Below, in pieces: positions 1 to 11,380 of a DNA stretch of 64,000 nucleotides. Under the pieces are notes generated by a model. That model saw only the letters and a program-made list of their open reading frames with translations, was not told the DNA's origin and did not search any database. The translations under genes were made by a program, and so were the position numbers. Each line of letters opens with the position of its first letter. Position 1 is the first letter of the stretch. This DNA is from Gammaproteobacteria bacterium (GTDB lineage: Bacteria; Pseudomonadota; Gammaproteobacteria; UBA12402): positions 4,575 to 68,574 of the forward strand of contig CBDALO010000039.1 of NCBI GenBank assembly GCA_965196985.1. The letters are read 5' to 3'.

Positions 1-392
1 GTATCAGTAATATTAGGATTTATTGCCATGATGCCGTTGAAGTACTAAGACAAGCTATCCCGGATGGTAGTCTTGATAGACTGCAGCTCTTTTTTCCTGA
101 TCCGTGGCCTAAGAAGCGACATCACAAACGCCGTATTGTGCAAGCAGAATTCGTTGCCTTAGTTGCTAATAAGCTAAAGCCAAATGGAATGTTTCACGCA
201 GCGACTGATTGGGAAAATTATGCTGAGCATATGCTGGAAGTTTTAGAAAACTCTGCTATGTTGACCAATCAAGCTGGCCCTGGTTGTTATGCTGTTAAAC
301 TAGGTTATCGTCCTGAAACTAAGTTTGAAAAACGAGGTTTGGCACTTGGTCATGGGGTTTGGGATCTTTTATTTAAGAAGATTAAATCTTAA
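1..392 (+). CDS. trmB: tRNA (guanine-N7)-methyltransferase, C-terminal part (5' end outside window)
   Basis: Frame 3 is open from base 3. Translation contains [24 protein letters not shown] and TKFEKRG, the TrmB signature. Stop at 390-392. Confidence 0.85.
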   Translation, partial: ISNIRIYCHDAVEVLRQAIPDGSLDRLQLFFPDPWPKKRHHKRRIVQAEFVALVANKLKPNGMFHAATDWENYAEHMLEVLENSAMLTNQAGPGCYAVKLGYRPETKFEKRGLALGHGVWDLLFKKIKS

Positions 393-539
393 CATCTAGC
401 GATCAAATAATTTACTATTTTTTAAAAAACAATAAGTTATCCTTCGTTTTTTTCTATATTTCACTTTATAAAGTCTCACAGCTTGGTCTGGGCTTGACTA
501 TACTTTTTCCCGATAACCTTAATAAAAATCGAGGATACA

Positions 540-1281
540 GTGATGTCAGAAGAACAAGAATTGAATCCTGAAGATAAAAAAGACCAATCCACTGACGAAA
601 GCACCAAGGAAGCGGAGCAAGTAGTCAACCCCGAAAATACCGAAGAGCAGAATGCTCAGTCTTCCGAAGGAGTGACTCCTGAGGCAACTGAAGAATATGC
701 TGATGACCAGTCGTCTGACCATCAGGATGCTGAAAGTGAAGAATCTGCTCAAGAGGGGGGGGGTAGTATTTCTCTTGATGAGACAGGTACTGGTGAGCAA
801 CAAGAGGCCGACTCTGCGGAAAGTGATGTTAATTCAGACAGTCAGCAATTTCCAGATTCTGATGGAACAAGTAATTTCGATAATAATAGGAATAGCGTTA
901 CAGGTATTAAAGACTCTGATCGAACTAGCCCTGATAATAATCAGAGTGACGTTGAAGCTAAAACCAGTCAGCAAGAGGTTGTACAGGCGTGTCAGACTAT
1001 TGATACAGATCAAGCTATTAGTAATGAAAGTGAAAGCTTACCTCTTCTGGATACGGATGATAGTAGTGAAGAAGATAGTTCAGTTAGTACTGATAAAGAA
1101 AATCCTGCTGATCCAGTTAATACTTCTTCTGTTGCAATTAATGTTGCCCCAACTTTAAGCGGTAGTTCTAATTTGGCTTATACGGAGAATGATGCGGTAA
1201 CGGCTATTAATAACGGTTTAATAATTAGCGATATCGATGACTTAAGTCTTGCTAGCGCCAAAGTAACCATTAGTGATAACT
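540..1281 (+). pseudogene. giant T1SS repeat adhesin, fragment 1 (acidic N-terminus plus start of first cadherin/VCBS-like repeat), cut by IS
   Basis: D/E/S-rich N-terminus, then NVAPTLSGSSNLAYTENDAVTAINNGLIISDIDDLSLASAKVTISDN, the same repeat seen at 4708-5300 and 7963-9225. The ORF stops only because the IS end starts at 1282. Confidence 0.8.
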
Positions 1282-1475
1282 AGTGACTGACAGAAAACCT
1301 ACTAATTCTTAGTCTTTGTTGTTTTATTACACTTTCATTTTTTTATATCCGCGCGAGATCATAATAAAAATAGCATGTTAAGCCCTGGCCGCGTACAAAA
1401 AAATGAAATCTCGCTGTTTTGATACGAAAAAAAGCATCCTGCTTTCTGGAATACAATGGGATATTCTGAGGCTGA

Positions 1476-2753
1476 CTAGGCAGCTAACGGTGGGCTGCGA
1501 CCTCGAATGCGTTTTTTTAGTCGCGCTGCTTTCCTTTGCTCAGCTCTTTGTATAAGACTTCCGATACGATCTATGTTTTTTCCAACAATCGCTAAGCCAA
1601 CATAACTCTTAAAGCCATCAATGCCGTGATCTAGGCATTGATCCAACCCATGAACTTCAAGAGCATTAATACTGGATTCTACCGCAGAATGCTTTTGTTT
1701 CGCTTTCACAAACGAGTCTGACTTTTCAATTTCCTGTGCTTCCTTTGAGAGTCGACCTTTTCTCGGCAATGCAACAACTTCCAAAATATCTGCTAACGCA
1801 GATTGATTTTCTTTTGAATGAAAGCCCTTATCAAAACTACATGTGTTTAACTCTGGGAACTTTTGTTGGGTCTCTTGAACCATAGATACGGCGACCTTGT
1901 CATCAGTCTCATTCTCCATCACACGATGATGCAATATAAATTGGTGTTGATCCTCCAAGACACAGACTTTCATTCCTAATTCGACTGGTACACCAGCCTT
2001 TCCTTTTACAATCCATTCAGTATGTGGCTGAAAGACAGAAAAGACTTTTTCTTCATGCGGGATCTTTTCATCCAATAATATTCGGCGTTTAATTTGATCA
2101 ACTTGGCGATCTGCATGAACCGTGAACATTTCTATACTTTCAACCAGTGGCGCATCTTGCGGCTTCAGTAGATCGGCTTTCTGGATAGCGTTTATTGAGG
2201 CATGTGCTTTATCTAAATATTTTTGCGCAATATTGAGATACTCCTGATGAGCATCCTTGATTGCCTTGTCCTTTTTGTTTTGTTGATCTGCTTGCTTGCT
2301 CTTACTGCGCTTTTTTAGTTGAGCTATTCGCATGAGCCGTTTCAGATGCTTGATGTTATATCGATATTGACGCCAGTCACTCAATCCGCTGTGTTCACAC
2401 AGCTTGGCCACCTGCTGAATTATTTTGCGCATTGCGTCAAACAGTAAGCTTATGTCTGTTGGAAAATGTACGTCTGTTTCAACCACAAAGGAATCGCAAC
2501 GGCCTCGCAGAGGCTCACTTTTTTTTAACAATGAATGACCAGCTTTCACAACAACTTGATTAATCTCATCTAACAACTCGGGAGTGAGTAGCGAGACATT
2601 GTCTTTAATTGTTTGCAGCTGATACTCTATTTTATCGAAAAAATCAGCATGCCCTAGCATTTCACGAATGGTTTTATGTTGATTCACAAGTTCATGCAGT
2701 CGATCATAATCACAATTTAGACTCAGGCGGAGTACTCCCATGACCAATATTTT
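1476..2753 (-). pseudogene. IS5/IS1182-like transposase, C-terminal part (split by IS256)
   Basis: 423-aa ORF identical to residues 92-514 of the intact 514-aa copy at 23475-25019. Confidence 0.85.
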
Positions 2754-4285
2754 GATAGAGCGTTATTTTGTCTGTAAAAACCAACTTCAGTACTTAGAAA
2801 AACCTTTAAAATTCTAAATGGCACTCTATTGTACCTGTCTCATCGCATAATATCTTAAATTAATTATGCTAATCAATCTAAAAAATTATTTATACCTCAA
2901 ATTTTTCTCCTCTCAAAATAAATTATTAACTTTTAGGTAATAGCAATTATATCTCGTTAATAAGAACAAGAATGATCTATCCTAAAACCCTATGAAGCCT
3001 TATTATTCACTTCAACTTAAGTATCTAGGTGATCCGCTCCACTGGTCATCAATTTCCACTAAAACAGCTGATACGAGCCTTAGGCACGATTCAGTATTAG
3101 GGAAAATTCCAACTGTATGCGTCCTTCTTTTTACCTCTCTGTTTACGCGCTCAGCTATGTTACTGGTTCTTAATCTTTTTTGATGCGGCCTGTCAAAGTT
3201 CATCACTACTAAGCCCTCCGGTATATTCACTTCCAACCAAGAAGAAAGCTCTGGTGCTGTTTGCTGATATTTATCTACCGCCATAGCCAATAGTCTTTCC
3301 GACTCATGAATGTTTGAGGCATTAAATATAGCTGTAATCTCCTCAGCTACTGGTTCCTTCATTGAGCGCTTTGGTATGTGAGCCTGAGCATTTTGCTGCA
3401 AATGAAATTGGCAGCGTTGCCAAGGAACACTGGGGAACACAGCTCTTCTAGCGGCTTTTAGGCCAGTATGAGCGTCGCTAGTAATCAACTCAATACCATG
3501 TATACCTCGCTCAACCAACTGCTGAAGAAAATCACGCCAATGTACCTCAGCCTCTGATAACGCAACAGAAACACCTAGCACTGTTCTCTTGCCGGTTGAT
3601 TCATCAAAGCCATAGGCTATCAATACCGCACAGTCTTGTACTGTGCCGCTAGTGCGCACCTTCTCATAACGTGCATCTAGCCAAAGATATTTTATCTTTC
3701 CTAACGGCTTATTTCGCCATTTCTTTAAATCTTCATCCAACAATTTAGCGCAACGGCTTACCTCTGTGCTTGAAATATCTGTTCAACAGAGTTGCTTTAG
3801 CACCTTTTCAACTTTGCGCGTGGAAACCCCATGCACATACATTTCAGCGACAGCCAGCTTAAGTGCTCTATCAGAGCGTACACCTCGCTCTAAGACTGAT
3901 GGATAGAAGGCTTCATTGGAGTCTCTAACCTGCGGTATCTGTAGCTCAAGCTGACCTTGACCTGTGTTAATTAACCTTGGTTTAAAGCCGTTCGCATATC
4001 CGTTTCTATCGCCAGTTCGCTCATAAGGACTGGCATTTAAATGGCGCTCCCTTTCTATTAACATAGCCTCATTCATCAACCTGGAGACAAGCTTAGGTAA
4101 AGCTTCAAACCCCTCCATCGCTAAAACATGTATGGCTTCTTCGATTAAGTTCTCATTTTTATAGCAGCTCATTGTCATTCCTCTTTTTTGGTTAAGTTTA
4201 CCTTAAAAGGAATTTCTAATCTGACTGAGTCGCCTGCTTATTTTCAGCAAGTCAATGGAATTTACAGAAAGGATGGCGCACTAGC
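2754..4285 (-). mobile_element. IS256-family IS, copy 1 (1532 bp)
   Basis: Ends gatagagcgttattttgtctgtaaaaacc / ggaatttacagaaaggatggcgcactagc (imperfect IRs). 8-bp TSD aatatttt at 2746-2753 and 4286-4293. Confidence 0.9.
3012..4178 (-). pseudogene. IS256-family (Mutator-type) transposase with premature stop
   Basis: Same gene as the intact 388-aa copies. A C-to-A change at 3785 turns the GGA codon into TGA (stop at 3783-3785), splitting it into 131-aa and 243-aa ORFs. Confidence 0.9.
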
Positions 4286-4560
4286 AATATTTTCCATAAT
4301 TCCATACCAGGGCGTCCATTATTCTTGTCAACCTCAGGTGCAATCTGAGCCTCTAGTAGTTCGAAAATCTCCTTCCGTACAGAGGGTGTACTATAAATAA
4401 ACTGTAGCCCTTTTAATAATTTTGGAATGTCATCCCGTGATTTAGAGCTGATTTGAATTTTAGAAATATCTACTTGGCCAATTTGCATTTGTGGATTTTG
4501 GGCTAGTCATGTCATTCTTGCTTTCCAGTGAAGAGTTACCATGCTGTGGCGAAAAATCAT
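4286..4560 (-). pseudogene. IS5/IS1182-like transposase, N-terminal part
   Basis: Matches 24745-25019 of the intact copy. It also has a nonsense change: aca tga here versus aca aga in copy 2, near 4508. Confidence 0.75.
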
Positions 4561-4703
4561 CGAAGATTAAGGCATTATATCGAAAATAAGCTGTAAATAG
4601 CTGGAAAACGAGTATTTAGTGCTGTTTTTTGAAAATCTTCATGTGACCAGTTCGCCCCGAAACATTGAAAATAAAAGGCTTTGCGGGTTTTCTGTCAGTC
4701 ACT

Positions 4704-6567
4704 AACTATATTAATGGCGAAGACTTACTAAGTTTTACTAACACAGGCAATATTGTTGGTGATTTTAACACTGCTAGCGGTATTTTAACCTTGACAGGTA
4801 GTGATACAGTGGCTAACTACCAGGCTGCGTTGCGTTCCGTGGCTTATCAAAATACTTCAGAAGATCCTAATACAGTAGAACGATTCATTAGCTTTACAGT
4901 GAATGATGGTATCAAAGACTCAAATGTATTAACAAGCACGGTAAGCGTTGTTGCAGTTAACGATGCAGCAGCTTTTGGAGGGGATGAAGAAAGGGTCTCT
5001 ACAGCTATTGACTAGACCGAGAATGGTTCGGCAATAGTCATTGATGGTGATTTAATAATTAGTGATATTGATAACGACAATATAGAAAGTGCGACGGTGA
5101 CGATTAGTGCAAATTACGTCAACGGGGAAGATCTCTTAGCTTTATGAATACCGCGAACATTACTGGGAGCTTTAATGCGTCAGAGGGTATATTAACGTTA
5201 ACGGGTTCTGATACGGTGTCAGCTTACCAAGCCGCCTTGCGCAGTGTGACGTATGAAAACAGCTCAGAGAATCCAAGTACAACAGCGCGCACAATTAGCT
5301 TGTGGTTAATGATGGCACAGCTAATTCGAGTGCTCTCACGAGTACAGTGAATGTCAGCGCAGTGAATGAAGCGCCAACTCTAACTACTACAGCTTTTGTG
5401 CAACTTGGTGCCGATATTGATGGTGAGGCCATTGAAGATTTATCTGGAGTTTCTGTTGCAATGAGTAACGATGGCAGTCGTTTGGTCATTGGTGCTCCTT
5501 TTAATGATGGAAATGGAGCTACTAATGGTCATGTGAGAGTTTACGATTGGAATGATAGTGCCTGGCAGCAGGTGGGCTCTGATATTAGTGGTGATGCAGC
5601 AGGTGATATTTCAGGCTGGTCTGTTGAAATGAGTAATGATGGCAACCGTTTAGTTATTGGTGCTCCATACAATGATGGTAATGGAGCTTATAGTGGTCAT
5701 GTGAGAGTTTACGATTGGAACGGTAGTGCCTGGCAACAAGTAGGGACAGACATTGATGGTGAGGCAGCTTTTGACTATTCAGGCAGTTCAGTTGCAATGA
5801 GTAATGATGGCAGTCGTTTGGTCATTGGTGCTCCATACAATGATGGTAATGGAGCTGATAGTGGTCATGTGAGGGTTTACGATTGGAACGGCAATGCTTG
5901 GCAGCAGGTGGGCTCTGATATTAGTGGTGAAGCAGTCGTTGATTACTCTGCCCATGCGGTGGCAATGAGCGCAGATGGAAATAGGCTTATTATTAGTGGT
6001 ATTGAGAATGATGGAAATGGGGTTAATAGTGGTCATGTGAGGGTTTACGATTGGAGCGGCTTTGATTGGCAACAGGTCGGTGCGGATATTGATGGTGAGG
6101 CAGAAGGCGATCTATTTAGTTCAGCCGTTGCAATAAGCTCTGATGGTAGTCGTATAGCAGTTAGTGCACAAAAAAATGATGGTGGTGGAGTTGATAGCGG
6201 TCATGTAAGAATTTACGACTGGAGTAATGGTGCCTGGCAACAGGTAGGTGGTGATATTGATGGAGAGATAGCAGATGATCAATCAGGTTGGTCACTTTCT
6301 TTGAGTAATGATGGTGGCCGTTTGGTCATTGGTGCTCCGTACAATGATGGTAATGGTACTGATAGTGGTCATGTGCGAGTTTATGATTGGAATGGTAGCG
6401 TTTGGCAGCAAGTTGGTCTTGATATTGACGGTGAGGCAGCAGGTGATGAATCGGGCTATTCTGTTGCAATGAGTGGTGATGGTAGCCGTTTAGTTATTGG
6501 TGCTCCATACAATGATGGTAATGGTACTGATAGTGGTCATGTGAGGGTTTATCAATTTCAAAGTAAT
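4704..6567 (+). pseudogene. giant adhesin, fragment 2 (two cadherin/VCBS-like repeats then FG-GAP propeller) with one nonsense codon and two frameshifts
   Basis: Joins fragment 1 in phase (..TISDN-Y-INGEDLL..). TAG at 5013-5015 where the repeat has Tyr. -1 shifts in T runs at about 5141-5143 and 5299-5301. Cut by the ISKra4-like element at 6568. Confidence 0.8.
5395..6567 (+). repeat. seven tandem ~58-62-aa FG-GAP-like repeats (coding)
   Basis: Seven occurrences of ..S.AMS.DG.RL.IGAP.NDGNG..SGHVR.YDW....W.Q.G.DI.GEA.., with a period of about 180 bp. Confidence 0.8.
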
Positions 6568-7954
6568 GGGTGCTGCCTTTATATAATGTAGAATATATAG
6601 CATAATATACACTTTAACATGATGAAGGATGGTGTTTGGATGTCAGCTAGAATTATCTCTGATGAAAATAATGAATTAACTATTGAACTCAAGCTTCCAC
6701 TAAAAGGATCCATGCTTGAATGTGAGGACGCAATTCTTGATGGGCTTAATGAGGTTGGAACATTAGCCACTGAAAAAGCTTTAAGTAAGTTTGATGCAGA
6801 TGGCTCTCCTATCCATGTTGGAAAAATAAAGCTAACAGCACGAAGTAGAGATGAAGCAAATTACCAAACGCCTTATGGAGTTGCTCGAGTTAAGCGTTAT
6901 GTTTATCAAACCTCTAAAGGCGGTAAGATCTTTTGTCCTTTAGAAGATAAGGCTAGAATTATCCAAGGATCAACACCGCGATTTGCAAAAATAATCTCAC
7001 ATAAATACTCAAACTTACCTGCTCCTAGTGTTATTGATGATCTCAAGGTCAATCATAACCGTAAAATCTCACATTCATACTTGCAACGGGCAACTGATTT
7101 TGTTGGCGGTATTGCACAAGCCAAAGAGGCTGAGTGGGAATATGAAGAGCCAAAGCTTGATGCAGGCGTTGAGATGCTAAGCATTAGCTTAGATGGTGCA
7201 TATGTCCTCACCGTTGATGATGGTTATAGAGAGAGCATGGTTGGAACTATTTCCATGTATGATAAGCATGGTGAACGCCTGCACACAACCTACGTTGCAG
7301 CATCACCAGAATATGGAAAAGATGAATTCTTTAATAGGCTTGAAAAGGAAATAAAGCTGAAAAAAAAATATTACCCTGATGCTAAAACAATTGGCGTTGC
7401 TGATGGAGCAAAAAATAATTGGCCATTTCTAAAAAAACATACTGATACGCAAATTTTAGATTTTTGGCATGCAACTGAATATCTCGGCGAAGCATCAAGG
7501 GCAATATTTACCAAAAAATCTGAAAGAGATGAGCGTGATGTTTGGCTCGAAGAGCGATGTCATGATTTAAAGCACAAGAAAGGTGCGGCAGGTAGAATAC
7601 TTGCTGAGCTTAAAGAGCATGTAAATAAAAAACTGAATAAATCGCTTAGAGAAAAGCTAGAAGGAACAATTACGTATTTTGAAAATAATATTAAAGAAAA
7701 GCGAATGTCGTATCATAATTTGATTAAGCAGAATGCACCAATTGGCTCTGGCGTCACTGAAGCAGCATGTAAAACAATTGTTAAACAAAGATTAGGCGGA
7801 TCAGGAATGCGCTGGAAAGACAAGGGAATGAAAATTGTTTTATGCTTGAGAACACTAGTAAAGACTAAAGGAAGATGGGATCAGTTTTGGGAGAAGGTTA
7901 ATGATTTTGGCGTGCCAGCAGTAATATAGCCTACATTATATAGAGGCAGCACCC
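6568..7954 (+). mobile_element. ISKra4-like IS (1387 bp)
   Basis: 24-bp IRs gggtgctgcctttatataatgtag / ctacattatatagaggcagcaccc (23/24 match). 8-bp TSD aaagtaat at 6560-6567 and 7955-7962. Confidence 0.7.
6619..7929 (+). CDS. transposase, ISKra4-family-like (436 aa)
   Basis: Single ORF filling the IR-bounded element. The family call rests on overall resemblance (size, ..LDFWHATEYL.. region) and is not verified. Confidence 0.6.
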   Translation: MMKDGVWMSARIISDENNELTIELKLPLKGSMLECEDAILDGLNEVGTLATEKALSKFDADGSPIHVGKIKLTARSRDEANYQTPYGVARVKRYVYQTSKGGKIFCPLEDKARIIQGSTPRFAKIISHKYSNLPAPSVIDDLKVNHNRKISHSYLQRATDFVGGIAQAKEAEWEYEEPKLDAGVEMLSISLDGAYVLTVDDGYRESMVGTISMYDKHGERLHTTYVAASPEYGKDEFFNRLEKEIKLKKKYYPDAKTIGVADGAKNNWPFLKKHTDTQILDFWHATEYLGEASRAIFTKKSERDERDVWLEERCHDLKHKKGAAGRILAELKEHVNKKLNKSLREKLEGTITYFENNIKEKRMSYHNLIKQNAPIGSGVTEAACKTIVKQRLGGSGMRWKDKGMKIVLCLRTLVKTKGRWDQFWEKVNDFGVPAVI

Positions 7955-8037
7955 AAAGTAATACTTTAAATTACAGAGAAAACGATAATGCAACAGTAAT
8001 AGATAATAGTTTAACAATAAGTGATCTTGATAATACG

Positions 8038-8343
8038 AATCTTGAGAGTGCGACGATTAGTATCAGTGCGGGCTTTGTGAGCGGTCAGGACGTGTTGGCG
8101 TTTAGTGATACGCAAACGATCACGGGTAGCTTTAATAGTAGCAGTGGTGTGTTGACGTTAACGGGGACGGACAGTGTCACGAACTATGAAGCGGCGCTTC
8201 GTTCGGTGACGTATCATCAGAACACCGAAGGGGATGATCCGAACCTGAGTGCGCGCACGATTAGCTTTGTGGTGAATGACGGCAGTGCGGCGTCGACGAC
8301 GCTCACGAGTACGGTGAATGTGACGGCCATCAATGATGCGCCG
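8038..8343 (+). repeat. 306-bp direct repeat, copy 1 (coding, inside adhesin)
   Basis: By eye, identical to 8869-9171 except for one extra cat codon (tatcatcagaac versus tatcagaac). Confidence 0.9.
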
Positions 8344-8868
8344 GAGGTGAGTGCATCGAGTACGGTGAGTTACACGGAAGGGGATGCCTCTGCGACGGTA
8401 GGCGATGTGACGATTACGGATGTTGATGATGCCAACATGGCGTCAGCGACGGTGTCGCTGGTCGGCTTTGTGACGGGTGATCTGTTAGGTTTAACGACGG
8501 CGGCGAACGGTCTGGCTTCGGTTAACGGGTTGACGGTTAGCTACAATGCGGGCAGTGGTGTTGCGACGTTAGTGGGTGAGGCGAGTAAAACGATTTATGA
8601 GAGTGTGTTATCGGGTCTTCAATACGTGAGTGTTTCAGAGGATCCGACGGCTGAAGGTACGAGCACGAGTCGGGTGTTGACGTACACGGTGGTGGATGCG
8701 AACAGTGACAGCGCGGGTGCGGCGACGGGCAGTGCGACGGCGACGTTGAGTGTTGCGGGCGTGAACGATGCGCCGGTGTTAGAGACGGGCTCAACCTTGG
8801 CGTACACGGAGGATGATGCGGCGACGGTGATCAACGATGCTTTAACGCTGAATGACGATGATGATAGC

Positions 8869-9171
8869 AATCTTGAGAGTGCGACGATTAGTATCAGTGC
8901 GGGCTTTGTGAGCGGTCAGGACGTGTTGGCGTTTAGTGATACGCAAACGATCACGGGTAGCTTTAATAGTAGCAGTGGTGTGTTGACGTTAACGGGGACG
9001 GACAGTGTCACGAACTATGAAGCGGCGCTTCGTTCGGTGACGTATCAGAACACCGAAGGGGATGATCCGAACCTGAGTGCGCGCACGATTAGCTTTGTGG
9101 TGAATGACGGCAGTGCGGCGTCGACGACGCTCACGAGTACGGTGAATGTGACGGCCATCAATGATGCGCCG
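8869..9171 (+). repeat. 303-bp direct repeat, copy 2 (coding, inside adhesin)
   Basis: See 8038-8343. The offset between copies is 831 bp. Confidence 0.9.
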
Positions 9172-9331
9172 ACGTTATCAGCAACGACGCAGAATACTGA
9201 TTTGACACCAGATGCGGCTCAAGTAATGGAATGGACTCGCTCCACTTTGAACCATTCTAAAAAAATGGTTCTCGGCATCTAAGTGCTAAATAGCTAAGCT
9301 ATTAAATTTAACGAAAGCGAAGGAGTCCACT

Positions 9332-9848
9332 ATGGATATTAACGTGTTAGCCATTGATATTGCAAAAAATGTTTTCCAGCTCTGTGGCGTTAATCAGCAG
9401 GGGGGGCAATTTTAACTGAGAAAAAAGTAACGCGTGCAAAATTATTAGAAGTGATTAATCAGCTTGCTCCCAAAGTGATAGCAATGGAAGCTTGTGGAAG
9501 TGCAAATTATTGGGTGCGTGAATTAATTAAACGAAACTATGAGGTTAAACTCATTTCACCCCAATACGTGAAACCTTATCTAAAAGGGAATAAGAATGAT
9601 CAACAAGATGCTCGCGCAATAGCTGAAGCAGCTCAACGGCCAACCATGAATTTTGTCACCCCGAAAACAGTTGAGCAGCAAGACATGCAAAGCTTGTTAC
9701 GTATACGTGAAGGTCAAGTAGAAGCTCGAACTAAGCTATGTAATCAGTTGAGAGGTCTTCTAGCAGAGAACGGTATTGTCATTGCAAAAAGTATTTATAA
9801 ATTAAGGGCCGAGTTGCCTTCAATTTTCGATCGTACAAATGACAATGG
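9332..9848 (+). pseudogene. IS110-family transposase, N-terminal part (frameshifted, then cut by IS256)
   Basis: MDINVLAIDIAKNVFQLCGVNQQGG.., then a frame change in the G7 run at 9400-9406, then ..KLLEVINQLAPKVIAMEACGSANYW..NKNDQQDARAIAEA (IS110 N-terminal domain). Confidence 0.8.
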
Positions 9849-11380
9849 GATAGAGCGTTATTTTGTCTGTAAAAACCAACTTCAGTACTTAGAAAAACCT
9901 TTAAAATTCTAAATGGCACTCTATTGTACCTGTCTCATCGCATAATATCTTAAATTAATTATGCTAATCAATGTAAAAAATTATTTATACCTCAAATTTT
10001 TCTCCTCTCAAAATAAATTATTAACTTTTAGGTAATAGCAATTATATCTCGTTAATAAGAACAAGAATGATCTATCCTAAAACCCTATGAAGCCTTATTA
10101 TTCACTTCAACTTAAGTATCTAGGTGATCCGCTCCACTGGTCATCAATTTCCACTAAAACAGCTGATACGAGCCTTAGGCACGATTCAGTATTAGGGAAA
10201 ATTCCAACTGTATGCGTCCTTCTTTTTACCTCTCTGTTTACGCGCTCAGCTATGTTACTGGTTCTTAATCTTTTTTGATGCGGCCTGTCAAAGTTCATCA
10301 CTACTAAGCCCTCCGGTATATTCACTTCCAACCAAGAAGAAAGCTCTGGTGCTGTTTGCTGATATTTATCTACCGCCATAGCCAATAGTCTTTCCGACTC
10401 ATGAATGTTTGAGGCATTAAATATAGCTGTAATCTCCTCAGCTACTGGTTCCTTCATTGAGCGCTTTGGTATGTGAGCCTGAGCATTTTGCTGCAAATGA
10501 AATTGGCAGCGTTGCCAAGGAACACTGGGGAACACAGCTCTTCTAGCGGCTTTTAGGCCAGTATGAGCGTCGCTAGTAATCAACTCAATACCATGTATAC
10601 CTCGCTCAACCAACTGCTGAAGAAAATCACGCCAATGTACCTCAGCCTCTGATAACGCAACAGAAACACCTAGCACTGTTCTCTTGCCGGTTGATTCATC
10701 AAAGCCATAGGCTATCAATACCGCACAGTCTTGTACTGTGCCGCTAGTGCGCACCTTCTCATAACGTGCATCTAGCCAAAGATATTTTATCTTTCCTAAC
10801 GGCTTATTTCGCCATTTCTTTAAATCTTCATCCAACAATTTAGCGCAACGGCTTACCTCTGTGCTTGAAATATCTGTTCCACAGAGTTGCTTTAGCACCT
10901 TTTCAACTTTGCGCGTGGAAACCCCATGCACATACATTTCAGCGACAGCCAGCTTAAGTGCTCTATCAGAGCGTACACCTCGCTCTAAGACTGATGGATA
11001 GAAGGCTTCATTGGAGTCTCTAACCTGCGGTATCTGTAGCTCAAGCTGACCTTGACCTGTGTTAATTAACCTTGGTTTAAAGCCGTTCGCATATCCGTTT
11101 CTATCGCCAGTTCGCTCATAAGGACTGGCATTTAAATGGCGCTCCCTTTCTATTAACATAGCCTCATTCATCAACCTGGAGACAAGCTTAGGTAAAGCTT
11201 CAAACCCCTCCATCGCTAAAACATGTATGGCTTCTTCGATTAAGTTCTCATTTTTATAGCAGCTCATTGTCATTCCTCTTTTTTGGTTAAGTTTACCTTA
11301 AAAGGAATTTCTAATCTGACTGAGTCGCCTGCTTATTTTCAGCAAGTCAATGGAATTTACAGAAAGGATGGCGCACTAGC
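9849..11380 (-). mobile_element. IS256-family IS, copy 2
   Basis: 1532 bp with the same ends as copy 1. 8-bp TSD gacaatgg at 9841-9848 and 11381-11388. Confidence 0.92.
10107..11273 (-). CDS. IS256-family transposase (388 aa)
   Basis: Intact ORF. Mutator-type features: ..YLWLDARYEKVR.., ..ITSDAHTGLK.., ..WQRCQFHLQQN.., ..LRTSNIAERVNREVKRRT... Confidence 0.9.
   Translation of the reverse strand: MTMSCYKNENLIEEAIHVLAMEGFEALPKLVSRLMNEAMLIERERHLNASPYERTGDRNGYANGFKPRLINTGQGQLELQIPQVRDSNEAFYPSVLERGVRSDRALKLAVAEMYVHGVSTRKVEKVLKQLCGTDISSTEVSRCAKLLDEDLKKWRNKPLGKIKYLWLDARYEKVRTSGTVQDCAVLIAYGFDESTGKRTVLGVSVALSEAEVHWRDFLQQLVERGIHGIELITSDAHTGLKAARRAVFPSVPWQRCQFHLQQNAQAHIPKRSMKEPVAEEITAIFNASNIHESERLLAMAVDKYQQTAPELSSWLEVNIPEGLVVMNFDRPHQKRLRTSNIAERVNREVKRRTHTVGIFPNTESCLRLVSAVLVEIDDQWSGSPRYLS

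Larger units (their letters stand above)
1282..4703 (-). mobile_element. IS5/IS1182-superfamily IS, copy 1 (1882-bp element carrying a nested IS256); family assignment uncertain
   Basis: Perfect 18-bp terminal IRs agtgactgacagaaaacc / ggttttctgtcagtcact. 4-bp TSD aact at 1278-1281 and 4704-4707. Near-identical to the intact copy at 23281-25162 once 2754-4293 is removed (I saw one substitution, the nonsense codon near 4508). Confidence 0.8.
7955..9225 (+). pseudogene. giant adhesin, fragment 3 (cadherin/VCBS-like repeats, GC-rich)
   Basis: From 7963 the frame continues fragment 2 (..VYQFQSN-TLNYRENDNATVIDNSLTISDLDNTNLESATISISAGFVSGQDVL..). It ends at the IS110-family insertion after ..TPDAAQV. 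Confidence 0.8.

Noticed and set aside
546-1158. 85-aa antisense ORF and 153-aa alternate-frame ORF overlapping the acidic adhesin N-terminus
   Set aside because: They overlap a clearly coding frame in low-complexity sequence. Their products are hydrophobic or low-complexity with no start context or motif. Likely frame shadows.
2992-3183. 63-aa ORF MKPYYSLQLKYLG.., recurring at 10087, 13822, 19734, 34938, 52391 and 55708
   Set aside because: It lies antisense to the 3' end of the IS256 transposase gene and recurs only because the IS recurs. There is no independent support.
5788-6072. 94-aa antisense ORF within the FG-GAP repeats
   Set aside because: Shadow of a strongly periodic coding region. 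No motif.
8537-8870. Two antisense ORFs (85 and 83 aa) inside the GC-rich adhesin repeats
   Set aside because: They are expected by chance in GC-rich repetitive coding DNA. Their products are Pro/Ser/His-rich or low complexity.
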